NCBI GenBank assembly: GCA_042570305.1
Contig: JBHPGP010000004.1
Span: 2,230-66,229 of the forward strand
Length of the DNA: 64,000 bases
Source of the DNA: Candidatus Omnitrophota bacterium
Lineage (GTDB): Bacteria > Omnitrophota > Gorgyraeia > Gygaellales > JAHJCI01
Direction: 5' to 3'
This document shows positions 21,848 through 31,711 of this stretch, in pieces (position 1 is the first letter of the stretch; each line of letters starts with the position of its first letter). The notes below the pieces were generated by a model. It did no database searches and was not told the DNA's origin. It saw only the letters and a list, made by a program, of their open reading frames with translations. Position numbers and translations under genes: made by a program.

Positions 21848-21872
21848 ATTAATTACCTCCTTTTTGAAAAAT

Positions 21873-21900
21873 CAGTATACCATAACTGGCAAATCTTGCA
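21873..21900 (-). promoter_or_regulatory. sigma70-like promoter upstream of rpsB (TTGCAA-16-TATACT)
   Basis: On the reverse strand: -35 TTGCAA (21900..21895), 16-nt spacer, -10 TATACT (21878..21873), ~25 nt upstream of the rpsB SD. Confidence 0.45.
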
Positions 21901-21918
21901 ATAGTTTTAACGTATAAC

Positions 21919-23709
21919 TCACTCCTCGCCCCTTTGCATCTGATAAAGCCGGAAATAGATGCCCTTTTGGCTTAAAAGTTCATTATGCCTGCCCTGTTCC
22001 TCAATCCTGCCCTTATCCAGAACAACTATAGAATCAGCATTCTGCACTGTGGAAAGGCGGTGGGCAACAATGAATACCGTGCGGCCCTGCATAAGCTTTT
22101 CCAGGGCATCCTGAACAATCCGTTCAGAAGCGCTGTCCAGGTGAGAAGTAGCCTCATCAAGAATAAGTATCGGCGGATCCTTAAGCAGCGCACGGGCTAT
22201 GGCAATCCTCTGCCTCTCTCCTCCTGAAAGGGACATTCCCCGCTCCCCAATCAGCGTATCATACCCCTGCGGCAGTTTCATAATAAAATCGTGGGCGTGC
22301 GCCTTAAGCGCAACGCTGGTTATCTCATCCGCAGTTGCAGACAGCCTACCATAAGCAATGTTTCCCTTGACAGTATCATTAAAAAGTATGGTTTCCTGGC
22401 TAACCAAACCGATATTCTTGCGCAAGGAAGATATGCTGAATTCGCGTATATCCCTGCCGTCAATCAACACCCTGCCTTTTTGAGGGTCGTAGAACCGCAA
22501 GAGAAGGTCGATCAGGGTAGTTTTGCCTACGCCGCTACGCCCGACGATTGCCAGAGAATGATTTACATCTATCCGCAGGTCTATGCCGCGCAGTACATCC
22601 TCGTGATTATAGGCAAACCAAACCCCTTCAAAGACGATGCTCGACCTTGGGCGGCTTAATTCTGCTGCGCCTGCTCTATTCCTGACTTTTACCTCGGTAT
22701 TCAGGACTTCGTAAATCCTTGCGCTTGCCGCAGTAGCCTGTTGATTCAAAGAATATACCTGGCTTAATTTTTTAAATGGCTTAATCAAAGAAAGCAGAGC
22801 GCCCAGAAACAAGCCAAACACGCCAAAGGAAAGCTTGCCAGCAATAACCTCGCGCCCACCCCAAAAGAATACAAATATCGCTGCCAAAACGCCAATATAT
22901 TCTGTAAGCGGGCTTAAAAGAAGCTGGCGTTTGAATATTTTCATTGCTAATTTGTAAAAATCATAATTCTGCTGGTCGAATCTTCTAATTGACTGTTTTT
23001 CAGCGCAAAAGGCCTTGACAATCCTTGCCCCAAAAATGGCTTCGTACAGGCTTGAATGAATATCTGCCATCTTTTCCTGAGAACGCCGCGTGAGCTTTTT
23101 CATCATCCTTCCTATTTTAATTATCGGGAATCCCACCAAAGGCATCAGTAAAAGCGAAACAAAGGCTAAGCGCGGATAAATAAAGAAGATCAAAAACAGA
23201 AAAACCGCCAGCTGCATGCTATAATAAATCAGGTCAGCCAATCCGGTACTCACTGAGTAATCTACCCGAAGCACATCGCTGGTAATACGCGAGATAAGCT
23301 CTCCTCCGCGTTTGCGATGATAGAATTCCAGCGAAAGATCCTGGAGCTTGGTGTAAAGCTTGGAGCGGATATCCCGGACTACCCTTTGAGCCACATCTGC
23401 CATGAGATATCCTTGCGCAAAGAAACATAATCCCTTAAGTACAAACAAAATCGGGATAGCGATTGCCATGAACTTAAGCACAACCAGAGGCGGTGTGGAA
23501 TTCAGGAGTTCGACAAATTTAACCAGGAATGCCGGCAATTCGGCAGGCATGACAATCTTCTGGTTGGTAAGCACTTTATCCGCAAGGGGTACAATCATTG
23601 ATAGGGATACGCCGTCAAATATAGCGGAAAACCACATCACCACAGATGCCAATATCAGAATCCTGCGGTATGGCTTAACAAACCTTAATAAACGTAAATA
23701 ATCCTTCAT
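21919..23709 (-). CDS. msbA: ABC transporter, fused 6-TM permease/ATPase (MsbA-like lipid exporter)
   Basis: N-terminal ABC membrane domain. 'GRSGVGKTT' Walker A, 'LSGGERQRIAIARA' signature, 'ILILDEATS' Walker B. Divergent from the lpxB operon. Confidence 0.65.
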   Translation of the reverse strand: MKDYLRLLRFVKPYRRILILASVVMWFSAIFDGVSLSMIVPLADKVLTNQKIVMPAELPAFLVKFVELLNSTPPLVVLKFMAIAIPILFVLKGLCFFAQGYLMADVAQRVVRDIRSKLYTKLQDLSLEFYHRKRGGELISRITSDVLRVDYSVSTGLADLIYYSMQLAVFLFLIFFIYPRLAFVSLLLMPLVGFPIIKIGRMMKKLTRRSQEKMADIHSSLYEAIFGARIVKAFCAEKQSIRRFDQQNYDFYKLAMKIFKRQLLLSPLTEYIGVLAAIFVFFWGGREVIAGKLSFGVFGLFLGALLSLIKPFKKLSQVYSLNQQATAASARIYEVLNTEVKVRNRAGAAELSRPRSSIVFEGVWFAYNHEDVLRGIDLRIDVNHSLAIVGRSGVGKTTLIDLLLRFYDPQKGRVLIDGRDIREFSISSLRKNIGLVSQETILFNDTVKGNIAYGRLSATADEITSVALKAHAHDFIMKLPQGYDTLIGERGMSLSGGERQRIAIARALLKDPPILILDEATSHLDSASERIVQDALEKLMQGRTVFIVAHRLSTVQNADSIVVLDKGRIEEQGRHNELLSQKGIYFRLYQMQRGEE

Positions 23710-23784
23710 TTAAAAACTCCTTATTCCCCTTTTCTGGATACATCTCCGAAAACCCCGAATTTAACGCATATATTATCATAATAT

Positions 23785-23813
23785 TTGACAATTGTCGAGT
23801 ATTTTGATAATAT
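23785..23813 (+). promoter_or_regulatory. strong sigma70-type promoter: TTGACA-17-(TGa)TAATAT, ending 6 nt before the ATG at 23820
   Basis: -35 TTGACA 23785..23790, 17-nt spacer, extended -10 TG 23805..23806, -10 TAATAT 23808..23813. No SD between the -10 and the ATG. Confidence 0.6.
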
Positions 23814-23819
23814 CTTGCT

Positions 23820-24740
23820 ATGAAGAAACTTAAAGTAGGAGTAATCGGAGTGGGGCATCTGGGCTCAATCCATGCCCGTATTTATCGCCAATTACCAAAA
23901 GCTGAACTGGTTGCGATAAGTGATATTAACCCCGGCCGCCTAAAAGAGGTATCGGGTCAACTCGGGGTTAAGAGTTATATTGATTATAAAAGCCTTTTCG
24001 GCAGAATCCAAGCAGTAAGCATAGCCGTTCCAACCAGTTTGCATTATAAAATAGCCAGGGATTGCCTTAAGCATAACATTGCCCTCCTGGTTGAAAAACC
24101 CTTTACAGTAAACCTTGCTCAGGCAGACGAGTTGATTAAACTGGCAGGCAAAAAGGGCTTGATATTACAGGTAGGCCATATTGAAAGATTTAATTCTGCC
24201 TTTGTTGCAACTGAAAAACTGATTAAAAACCCGCGCTTTATTGAATGTCACCGCTTAAGCCCTTTCCCCCACCGCTCTTTAGACATAGGCGTAATTCTAG
24301 ACCTGATGATCCATGACATCGATATTATCCTGGGCCTGGTAAAATCAAAAGTAAAGAAAATCGACGCTGTGGGCGCAAAGGTGTTGACCCCTTTCGAGGA
24401 TATTGCCAATGCCCGCCTTGAATTTGCCAATGGATGCGTCTGCAACCTCACCTCAAGCCGCGTATCAGAAGAAGCTATTCGCAAAATCCGCATATTCTTT
24501 AAGAATACGTATATCTCTCTGGATTATAAGAATGAGCAGGCTTTTATCTACCAGAAAAAAGGAATGGGAATTACAAAAGACCCTCTTCCGATCGAAAGAG
24601 AGCCGTCACTTAAGAAAGAACTGGCCTCCTTCCTGGACTGCCTGGAAAAACATAAGCAGCCGGTAGTCTCCGGTCAGGTAGCCCGCCAGGCGCTTGCCCT
24701 TGCCCTGGAGATTAAGAATAGAATTTCACGGAAAAATTGA
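23820..24740 (+). CDS. Gfo/Idh/MocA family NAD-dependent oxidoreductase (possibly GnnA-like UDP-GlcNAc 3-dehydrogenase)
   Basis: 'LKVGVIGVGHLG' Rossmann N-terminus, 'LVEKPF' motif. 4-nt overlap with lpxB. Confidence 0.7.
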   Translation: MKKLKVGVIGVGHLGSIHARIYRQLPKAELVAISDINPGRLKEVSGQLGVKSYIDYKSLFGRIQAVSIAVPTSLHYKIARDCLKHNIALLVEKPFTVNLAQADELIKLAGKKGLILQVGHIERFNSAFVATEKLIKNPRFIECHRLSPFPHRSLDIGVILDLMIHDIDIILGLVKSKVKKIDAVGAKVLTPFEDIANARLEFANGCVCNLTSSRVSEEAIRKIRIFFKNTYISLDYKNEQAFIYQKKGMGITKDPLPIEREPSLKKELASFLDCLEKHKQPVVSGQVARQALALALEIKNRISRKN

Positions 24741-25849
24741 TGGGAAAGAAAATCCTGATTGTTGCCGGAGAGGCCTCCTCTGACCTGCACGCAGCAAGCC
24801 TGGTTAGAGAAATACGGGCATTGATGCCGAGCTGGGAGTTTTTCGGACTGGGCGGCGCGAAAATGGAAAAGCAGGGAGTAAGGCTTTATGCCAATATCGT
24901 TGATTTGGCGGTAGTGGGTTTTTTTGAGGTATTAAAAAACTTCAAGAAATTCAAAGCCCTGTTCAATCAGCTGCTCGGAGAAGTAAATAGGCTTAATCCT
25001 GATTTAGCCATCCTGATTGATTATCCAGGATTCAATCTACGGCTGGCAATTGAACTTAAAAAAAGAAATATCCCTATTGTCTATTATATCAGCCCGCAGG
25101 TATGGGCCTGGGGCAGAAACCGCATCAAGCTGATTAAAAAAGTAGTCAGCAAAATGATTGTCATCTTTAAATTTGAAGAGGAGCTTTACAGGCAGGCCGC
25201 AATCCCGGTGCATTTTGTCGGACATCCCTTTCTTGATATTGTCAGGCCAGACTCAGGACTGAATCTACCGTCCGCTAAAACCACCATTGCCCTGCTTCCT
25301 GGCTCGCGGGAGGCAGAAGTCAACAGGCTCCTGCCCCTGATGCTAGAAAGTGCCGCAATCATCCGCAAGAAGATTCCCGAAAGCCAGTTCATAGTCTTGC
25401 GCTCTTCATCGGTAAAAGAGGGGTTATACGACTCTATCATCTCTGATTACAAACTCCCGGTTTATGTCTTTAGCGACAAAACTTATGCTGGTCTGGTAAG
25501 TTCTGATTTCGCAATGATTGCCTCAGGAAGCGCTACCCTGGAAAGCGCTATATTGGAAAAACCCTTCTTGGTTATCTATAAAGTCTCCTGGCTGAGCTGG
25601 GCATGCCTTCGGCCGATTATCAAGATCCCCTATATCGGATTGGTGAATATTGTGGCGGGCAGAAAGATTATCAAGGAATTTATACAGTTTCGCGCTACTG
25701 CGGACAGGATCGCTAATTATATCGTTAAAACCCTGGCGGACCCCCTGAAGATGTCCTCTCTGAAAAATGAGCTGTCCGAGCTAAAGCAGCTTCTGGGAGA
25801 AAAGGGGGCAAGCAAGCGCGCGGCAGAAATCATCGCGGATTTGCTTTAA
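24737..25849 (+). CDS. lpxB: lipid-A-disaccharide synthase
   Basis: 'ILIVAGEASSDLHAASL', 'IDYPGFNLRLA', 'YYISPQVWAWG', 'LPGSREAEV'. Confidence 0.9.
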   Translation: MMGKKILIVAGEASSDLHAASLVREIRALMPSWEFFGLGGAKMEKQGVRLYANIVDLAVVGFFEVLKNFKKFKALFNQLLGEVNRLNPDLAILIDYPGFNLRLAIELKKRNIPIVYYISPQVWAWGRNRIKLIKKVVSKMIVIFKFEEELYRQAAIPVHFVGHPFLDIVRPDSGLNLPSAKTTIALLPGSREAEVNRLLPLMLESAAIIRKKIPESQFIVLRSSSVKEGLYDSIISDYKLPVYVFSDKTYAGLVSSDFAMIASGSATLESAILEKPFLVIYKVSWLSWACLRPIIKIPYIGLVNIVAGRKIIKEFIQFRATADRIANYIVKTLADPLKMSSLKNELSELKQLLGEKGASKRAAEIIADLL

Positions 25850-25943
25850 TGCCCCATACAGGGCTTGCGGCCCTTATTTGCCTTTTTTGAGCGCCAGCTC
25901 AATTTGCCTCTGCGTTTACGTTTTGACATTGTCCTCTCCTCTC

Positions 25944-26612
25944 TTATCTAGCTTTTACTGCCAATACCCGGATAAAATCAGCGCAATCCTCAACCTTATC
26001 GGCAACATTCTCCATTGATTCGGTTAATTGATAAATCAGAAGCAGGGTCGCGGCGGATAATTCGGAATGAATAATCACTTCGATAGTCAGCCTCTTCTGC
26101 TCATCAGCCTCCTCTTCCAGCTCTTCAACAAGGGTACAATCATTCAGTGACTTTCTAATGTCATTATTGACTAAAGAGTTTACTGCATCCTTCAGCCGCT
26201 CCACAGCCATGGTGATAATCTTTGCTGTCTCAACCAGCCTGCTCAGGATTTCTTTGGGAAGCTTCTCATGCAGAAAATCAAGGATCCTCCCGGAGCCGTT
26301 AGCGTGGTCAGCTATCGCATCCAGGGTTTTGGTAAAGTGCATCAAGTCTTCCCTGTCCGGAGGAGCAATCAACTGCTCTGTCAGCGAATCCATAATCGAG
26401 CGCCGGATCAGGTCAGCCTCATGCTCCGAGGCTTTTATTTTCTGTATATTGTTTGACTTGCCAACCAGGTCATTGCGCACAAAACAGGCAATCGCCTCCT
26501 GAAGATTGGCTACCGTATCATATACCTTATCAATATGCTTCCTTGCGCGCTCAAGCGCAACCTTTTCCTGTTCCCTGCCCAACCAGCCGAATATATTCCT
26601 TGATTCCTGCAT
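25944..26612 (-). CDS. DUF47 / PhoU-like phosphate-transport accessory protein
   Basis: ~220-aa all-helical protein directly upstream of a PiT transporter, the usual DUF47-Pit pairing. Repeated acidic helix motifs. Confidence 0.65.
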   Translation of the reverse strand: MQESRNIFGWLGREQEKVALERARKHIDKVYDTVANLQEAIACFVRNDLVGKSNNIQKIKASEHEADLIRRSIMDSLTEQLIAPPDREDLMHFTKTLDAIADHANGSGRILDFLHEKLPKEILSRLVETAKIITMAVERLKDAVNSLVNNDIRKSLNDCTLVEELEEEADEQKRLTIEVIIHSELSAATLLLIYQLTESMENVADKVEDCADFIRVLAVKAR

Positions 26613-26645
26613 TTCCCACCCCCTTGTTAGACAAACTGATTACCC

Positions 26646-27617
26646 CTAATGAAACAATAATAACCCCTTCATGATAATAAAAGAAATAAGTCCGCTCATA
26701 AAGGGAGTCAGGGACCAGGCAACCACCATATCCCTGATTATCCTCTTATTCACCGTTTTCATGCCCCGGGCAAAGCCTACGCCGATAACCGCTCCCACCA
26801 TTGAGTGCGAGGTAGATACCGGAATACCAAAGTAGGTATAAATCTGGACATTGACTGCAGAGGTTACCTCAGCCACAAAGCCCATTATGGGAAGCAGGCG
26901 GGTGATGCTAAAACCTACTGTCTCAATAACCTTATATCCCCAGGTAGTGACGCCAATGACAATTGCCACACCCCCCACCAGGGTGGCCCAAAAAACAGAA
27001 AAGATGCCTGAGCCCACCATCACTCCGGTCACATTTGCAACATCATTCGCTCCCCAGGTGAAAGCAAGGTAAATGCTGCTTAAAATAAGCAACCAACGCG
27101 TAACTACGGCCTCGAATTTGCGCGGCACTAAAGTAAAAAAGATTCTTCTTATAAGCGGATAGGATAAAAAGGCAAGCAGCCCTGAGCCAAAAGGGGTCAA
27201 TACCCAGGATAAAAATATCTCTCCTATTTTCTGCCAATATATGGGAGCAAGGATAGAAATTCCTGCTCCGGCAACTGCTCCCACCACAGAATGAGAAGTA
27301 GAAACAGGGATTCTCTTATGCGTAGCCATGAGCACCCAAATACCTGCCCCAAAGCAGGCAGCCAGGGCAACCAGCATTGACATCTGAGGGTCAAGCTTAT
27401 CCAGAGGCACTACTCCCTTGCCCACTGTCTTGATTACCCTTGAACCGAATATAAGCGCCCCCAGAAAAGAGAATGCGCAGGTAATAATTATCCCTTCTCT
27501 CAGGGTCATTCTGCGCGAGCCGATATCAACTCCCACGCAATTTGCCGCGTCATTAGCGCCGATATTCCAGCCCATAAACAACCCGGCAACAATAATTAAA
27601 AGGGGAACGGCAATCAT
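26646..27617 (-). CDS. inorganic phosphate transporter, PiT family
   Basis: Duplicated 'GANDAANCVG' / 'GANDVANVTG' and 'PVSTSHSxVGAV' signatures. Confidence 0.85.
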   Translation of the reverse strand: MIAVPLLIIVAGLFMGWNIGANDAANCVGVDIGSRRMTLREGIIITCAFSFLGALIFGSRVIKTVGKGVVPLDKLDPQMSMLVALAACFGAGIWVLMATHKRIPVSTSHSVVGAVAGAGISILAPIYWQKIGEIFLSWVLTPFGSGLLAFLSYPLIRRIFFTLVPRKFEAVVTRWLLILSSIYLAFTWGANDVANVTGVMVGSGIFSVFWATLVGGVAIVIGVTTWGYKVIETVGFSITRLLPIMGFVAEVTSAVNVQIYTYFGIPVSTSHSMVGAVIGVGFARGMKTVNKRIIRDMVVAWSLTPFMSGLISFIIMKGLLLFH

Positions 27618-28822
27618 GGATTGTCCTTTTCAGGGGGATCCTGTATAGAAACGCTTATATCCCCTGCCTTCTGCAGGGCAATCTTGGTACAAATAGGCCC
27701 GATAATTTCATAAACAACCGTGGTAGCGATTATGATAGTAAATATGATGCCTCCAACCTCGGGGAATTCGCTCTTGACAATCAAGGCAGCGCCTAATGCT
27801 ATGCCTGCCTGAGGCACAAGCGCAAAACCCAGATATTTTCTTATCTCTTTGGATGCTGCGGAGACATAGCCTCCTAGATGCACGCCACCGAGCTTTCCAG
27901 TGGAGCGGAAAAGTATATAAACTATCCCCATCAGCCCGATACTTTTCAGTAAATGTATTTCCAGGTTTGCCCCTGCTAAAACAAAAAATAAAAGGTAGAG
28001 AGGTGAATCAACCGTCCTGATAATATCGAAAAAATTCAGATTTATTTTTTTGATATTGGCAAGGCCTGCCCCCAGTGACATACAGGCCAGGAGAACCGAA
28101 AAATGCAGAATTATGCTTAAGCCGATAGTAAAGAATATGCATCCCAGGCTGTAAATCAGCGCCTCCGTTGTACTGCGGATATAGCGGGAAAAGCGGGATG
28201 CCGCAAGGCTCATCACCCAGCCCAGGACAAATGCACCGCCTATCTCCAGGAAAGATTTCAGGATAACCTTGGCAATAAGAAGATTATTGTTCATGTGTGC
28301 GGCCAGCGCCTTGGATATTGCAAGCGACAAAGCAAAAATAATCAAACACCAGGCATCGTCAATCGCTACCACTCCCAAAAGCACATCAGTGAAATTGCCC
28401 TTGCTTTTATATTCCCTGACAACCATTACCGTGGCAGCCGGAGCAGTTGCAGCGGATATTGCTCCGAATAACAAAGACAGATAAAAAGACTGCCTCAGAA
28501 TGAAAAAGAATGCGCAGGTTACAAAAACCCAGGCCCCTGCTGCCTCAAAAAGCGAAATCCAGATAACCGGCTTGCCAATCCGCCTGAAATTTTCCCCGGA
28601 GAAATTCTGTCCGATACTAAAAGCAATCAACCCGAGAACAATATTGGAAATAAACCCCGAAGCAGAAAGCAAATCAGAAGAAACAAGGTTGGCAAGGGCT
28701 GGTCCGATAAGAATCCCCAGCAATAAATACGCGGTTACCGAAGGTAATTTTAATTTATTGATTATACGGGCCCCGGTAAGCCCAAAAAGGAAGATGATGC
28801 CGAGACTGAAGATTGCGTTCAT
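27614..28822 (-). CDS. cation:proton antiporter (Na+/H+ exchanger family)
   Basis: 402-aa polytopic protein with N-terminal 'LKLPSVTAYLLLGILIGP', typical of CPA-type exchangers. Confidence 0.75.
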   Translation of the reverse strand: MNAIFSLGIIFLFGLTGARIINKLKLPSVTAYLLLGILIGPALANLVSSDLLSASGFISNIVLGLIAFSIGQNFSGENFRRIGKPVIWISLFEAAGAWVFVTCAFFFILRQSFYLSLLFGAISAATAPAATVMVVREYKSKGNFTDVLLGVVAIDDAWCLIIFALSLAISKALAAHMNNNLLIAKVILKSFLEIGGAFVLGWVMSLAASRFSRYIRSTTEALIYSLGCIFFTIGLSIILHFSVLLACMSLGAGLANIKKINLNFFDIIRTVDSPLYLLFFVLAGANLEIHLLKSIGLMGIVYILFRSTGKLGGVHLGGYVSAASKEIRKYLGFALVPQAGIALGAALIVKSEFPEVGGIIFTIIIATTVVYEIIGPICTKIALQKAGDISVSIQDPPEKDNP

Positions 28823-28825
28823 ACC

Positions 28826-29296
28826 CTATTCTATTACGCCTTTCTCTTTAAAAAGAGCAAGAAATATATCGAACTCTCCGACCCCTCCTACGAGCCTATT
28901 TTCCGAATCGACGACCGGCAGCTGCACTGTCTGATGCACCTGCATAAGACGATAGGCCTCTTCAATGGAAGCATCCTGATTGACTGTTACAAATTTCGTC
29001 TGCATAAAGTCATCGACTATGCACAAATCTCCGATCTCTGAGGTAATATCCATGTCAAAAATGTCAGAATGATGTTCGTCTACGAAGGGGATTGTCTTTA
29101 AGATATCCTGACTGGATGAGCGAAATGCCTCAATCAACCCCCGGAAGGAGACTACACCGACCAGGGTTTTACGTTCGTCTACTACGGGCACAAGCGGAAA
29201 GCTATGAAAAGAACGGAAAAGTTCAATCAAGTCTGCCAGAGTGGTGGACCGCTTAACGGCGATTATCTTTTGGTTCATTACCTGGGAAACCTTCAT
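28826..29296 (-). CDS. CBS domain pair protein
   Basis: Two CBS repeats ('LVPVVDERKTLVGVVS', 'QLPVVDSENRLVGGVG'). Confidence 0.75.
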   Translation of the reverse strand: MKVSQVMNQKIIAVKRSTTLADLIELFRSFHSFPLVPVVDERKTLVGVVSFRGLIEAFRSSSQDILKTIPFVDEHHSDIFDMDITSEIGDLCIVDDFMQTKFVTVNQDASIEEAYRLMQVHQTVQLPVVDSENRLVGGVGEFDIFLALFKEKGVIE

Positions 29297-29315
29297 TTTC
29301 CTTGCTCCTTATTTT

Positions 29316-30785
29316 TTATTCCAGCTTCAACAGATTGGAAATGAATTTACCTGCCCAGCGATAGATATTATTCTCCTCTAAGGCCTGCTGCATCTTTTCC
29401 ATGCGTTCTTTTTTCTCCTGAGCGGACATCTCAATAGCATATTTCATTGCATCGGCAAACCCGTCGGGGTCATAAGGATTAACCAGGATTGCCTCTTTTG
29501 AAAACTCGCGTGAAGCACCCGTAAACTGGCTCAAGATAAGCGCCCCCTTTCTTTCAGCATGGGCAGCGATGAATTCCTTGGCTACCAGGTTCATCCCGTC
29601 ATGAAGGGAGCTTACCAGACACAAATCAGCAGCCCGGTAAAGAGCAAGGTGTGAGGCATAATCCAACCGGACATTCTTTACTACCACCGGATACCAGTAT
29701 CCCTTGCCGTATTTCCAGTTAATCTCCTCAGCCAGGGCCTGTACATTATCGATAAGTTGCTTGTAAGACTTTATGTGAATGCGCGATAAGGCGCCAAATT
29801 GCAAAAATATAAATTTACCCTGGTATTGAGGATACTTCTCCAAGAATCGGTCGATAGCCTTTATCCGCTCGATAATGCCTTTGGTGTAATCAACGCGGTC
29901 AACCCCCAAGGCCATAATCTCATAAGGAGGGTCTATTGTATCCGGGATATTCGCCAAAGCCTGCTCAACCTCAGGGGTGCGCGCCTGAGCTGATATCCCT
30001 GCATAATCTACGCTAATGGGAAATGGCCTTACCAGTGTTTTATGCCCTTTATAAGTAACGCTTAAATCCTCCCAGTCAACCTTAGCCTCAAGCTCATTTT
30101 CAATCGTGGCCAGAAAATTATGGCAGTGGTAGTGGATGTGAAAGCCAAGCAGGTCGTTGGCCAATAGCCCTTCGAGAATCTCATTTTTCTGGGGACAAAT
30201 TCTGAACACCTCAGGGTTAGGCCAGGGAATATGCCAGAAAAGGGAAATTACCGCATCAGGTTCTTTGTCTTTGATATACTTTGCCGCCAGGGTAAGATGA
30301 TAATCCTGCAGCCAGATAAAACACTTCTTCCTGGATATTTCTTCCAGTATGCTCCCGGCAAAACGCTTGTTTACCTTTTTGTAATACTCCCAATCGTCAG
30401 CATTAAAAACAGGCTTCTCATAAGAGATATGGGAAAGCGGCCAGAGCCCGCAATTGGCATAACCGTAATAGTAGCCGTTCTCCTCTTCTTTAGTAAGCCA
30501 AATCCTTTTTAAAGTATAGGCTGGTTTTTCCGGAGGAACTTGAATCTTATTATGCCTGTCCACTACATCGCGGTCTGCGTCTCCGCTGCCGCTGGCTATC
30601 CACATTCCCCTCGAAGCCTGCATAACCGGGTCAAGGGCGATAACCAGCCCGCTTACCGCCTTGACGCATTTTATTTTTTTCCCGGAATACTCGTGAATAT
30701 ACGGCTCGCGGTTAGAAACAACAATAAAAAGATAATCCTTCATTCTCTCTTTTATTGCCTGCTCTAAGCTGTCTTTAGTCCACAT
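29316..30785 (-). CDS. otsA: trehalose-6-phosphate synthase-like GT20 glycosyltransferase
   Basis: 'VVSNREP', 'YYGYANCGLWPLSH', 'IWLQDYHL', 'SLHDGMNLVAKEF'. Glucosylglycerol-phosphate synthase is not excluded. Confidence 0.75.
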   Translation of the reverse strand: MWTKDSLEQAIKERMKDYLFIVVSNREPYIHEYSGKKIKCVKAVSGLVIALDPVMQASRGMWIASGSGDADRDVVDRHNKIQVPPEKPAYTLKRIWLTKEEENGYYYGYANCGLWPLSHISYEKPVFNADDWEYYKKVNKRFAGSILEEISRKKCFIWLQDYHLTLAAKYIKDKEPDAVISLFWHIPWPNPEVFRICPQKNEILEGLLANDLLGFHIHYHCHNFLATIENELEAKVDWEDLSVTYKGHKTLVRPFPISVDYAGISAQARTPEVEQALANIPDTIDPPYEIMALGVDRVDYTKGIIERIKAIDRFLEKYPQYQGKFIFLQFGALSRIHIKSYKQLIDNVQALAEEINWKYGKGYWYPVVVKNVRLDYASHLALYRAADLCLVSSLHDGMNLVAKEFIAAHAERKGALILSQFTGASREFSKEAILVNPYDPDGFADAMKYAIEMSAQEKKERMEKMQQALEENNIYRWAGKFISNLLKLE

Positions 30786-31710
30786 AGAGATCTCCTTTCG
30801 GCCTTGCGAACAATTTCTTGAAGGAATAAAATCTCTTCTGCCTGGCCAGGCAATCTTTAAGTTTATCTATGTGCCTTAGGGTTTCCAATTCTCCTTTTTG
30901 CACGCACAACCTCGCCTGAGAAAATTCAGACCAGTTCAGGTGGACGATGTCAGGCTTAATCACCAAATCGCAGTATTTCAAATCCAGCTTATTTAAATAG
31001 CGTGATTTAATCCAGTCGGACTGAAACATTACATCCAGACCGGTTGCTAACTCTCTCTTCACATAGGTGGGGCTCAAATCCACCCCGATAACAAAATCCG
31101 CACCCAGAATACGTGCCTGCCTTGCCGGGACTACGGAAAGAATCCCCCCGTCAGCCAACAGCTGCTCACCGCGCCTTAAAGGGGCAAATACGCCCGGAAC
31201 AGAAGAAGAGGCAAGAATCGCCTCTAAAATCCTTCCCTCTTGCATGATCACATCCAAAGCCGTATTCAAATCAACGGCTAGACAGGCAAAGGGAATCTGT
31301 ACTTCAGAGAAGGTCTGGTCATTAAAAAGCTCCTCAAACAGCTTCATTATCGGCTCTGTGCGCACAAGCCATCTCCTGGCTGCCCTTAAATTCCAAAGGT
31401 AGAGATTCCTGATCCTGCTCAGCAGCTTCTGAAGAATAAGCTTCTGCTGTTTTTCTTCCGGCGTCTGGGCAAAAAGCGACTCTATCCTTTTAAGCGGGGC
31501 CCGCTCTATCAGTGCCAGTAATTTCTCCTCTAGTGCCTCTAGATCAGGATTCAAACAATAGGCAGCACCGACAATAGCGCCCATGCTTGTGCCCACAATC
31601 AAATCAATGGGAATCGAATGAGCCTTGAGGACCTTTAATACGCCTATATGCGCATAACCCCGTGCCCCACCACCCCCCAAAGCCAAGGCAACCTTAAATC
31701 TCGCGTTCAT
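30775..31710 (-). CDS. patatin-like phospholipase
   Basis: 'LALGGGGARGYAHIGV' oxyanion motif, 'GTSMGA' nucleophile elbow, 'DGG' Asp motif. Confidence 0.85.
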   Translation of the reverse strand: MNARFKVALALGGGGARGYAHIGVLKVLKAHSIPIDLIVGTSMGAIVGAAYCLNPDLEALEEKLLALIERAPLKRIESLFAQTPEEKQQKLILQKLLSRIRNLYLWNLRAARRWLVRTEPIMKLFEELFNDQTFSEVQIPFACLAVDLNTALDVIMQEGRILEAILASSSVPGVFAPLRRGEQLLADGGILSVVPARQARILGADFVIGVDLSPTYVKRELATGLDVMFQSDWIKSRYLNKLDLKYCDLVIKPDIVHLNWSEFSQARLCVQKGELETLRHIDKLKDCLARQKRFYSFKKLFARPKGDLYVD

Positions 31711-31711
31711 C

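Noticed and set aside
25860-25888. Intrinsic terminator after lpxB (agggc-ttgcg-gccct ... tttttt)
   Set aside because: The stem is only 5 bp and the T-run is separated from it by 8 nt. That is too weak to annotate.
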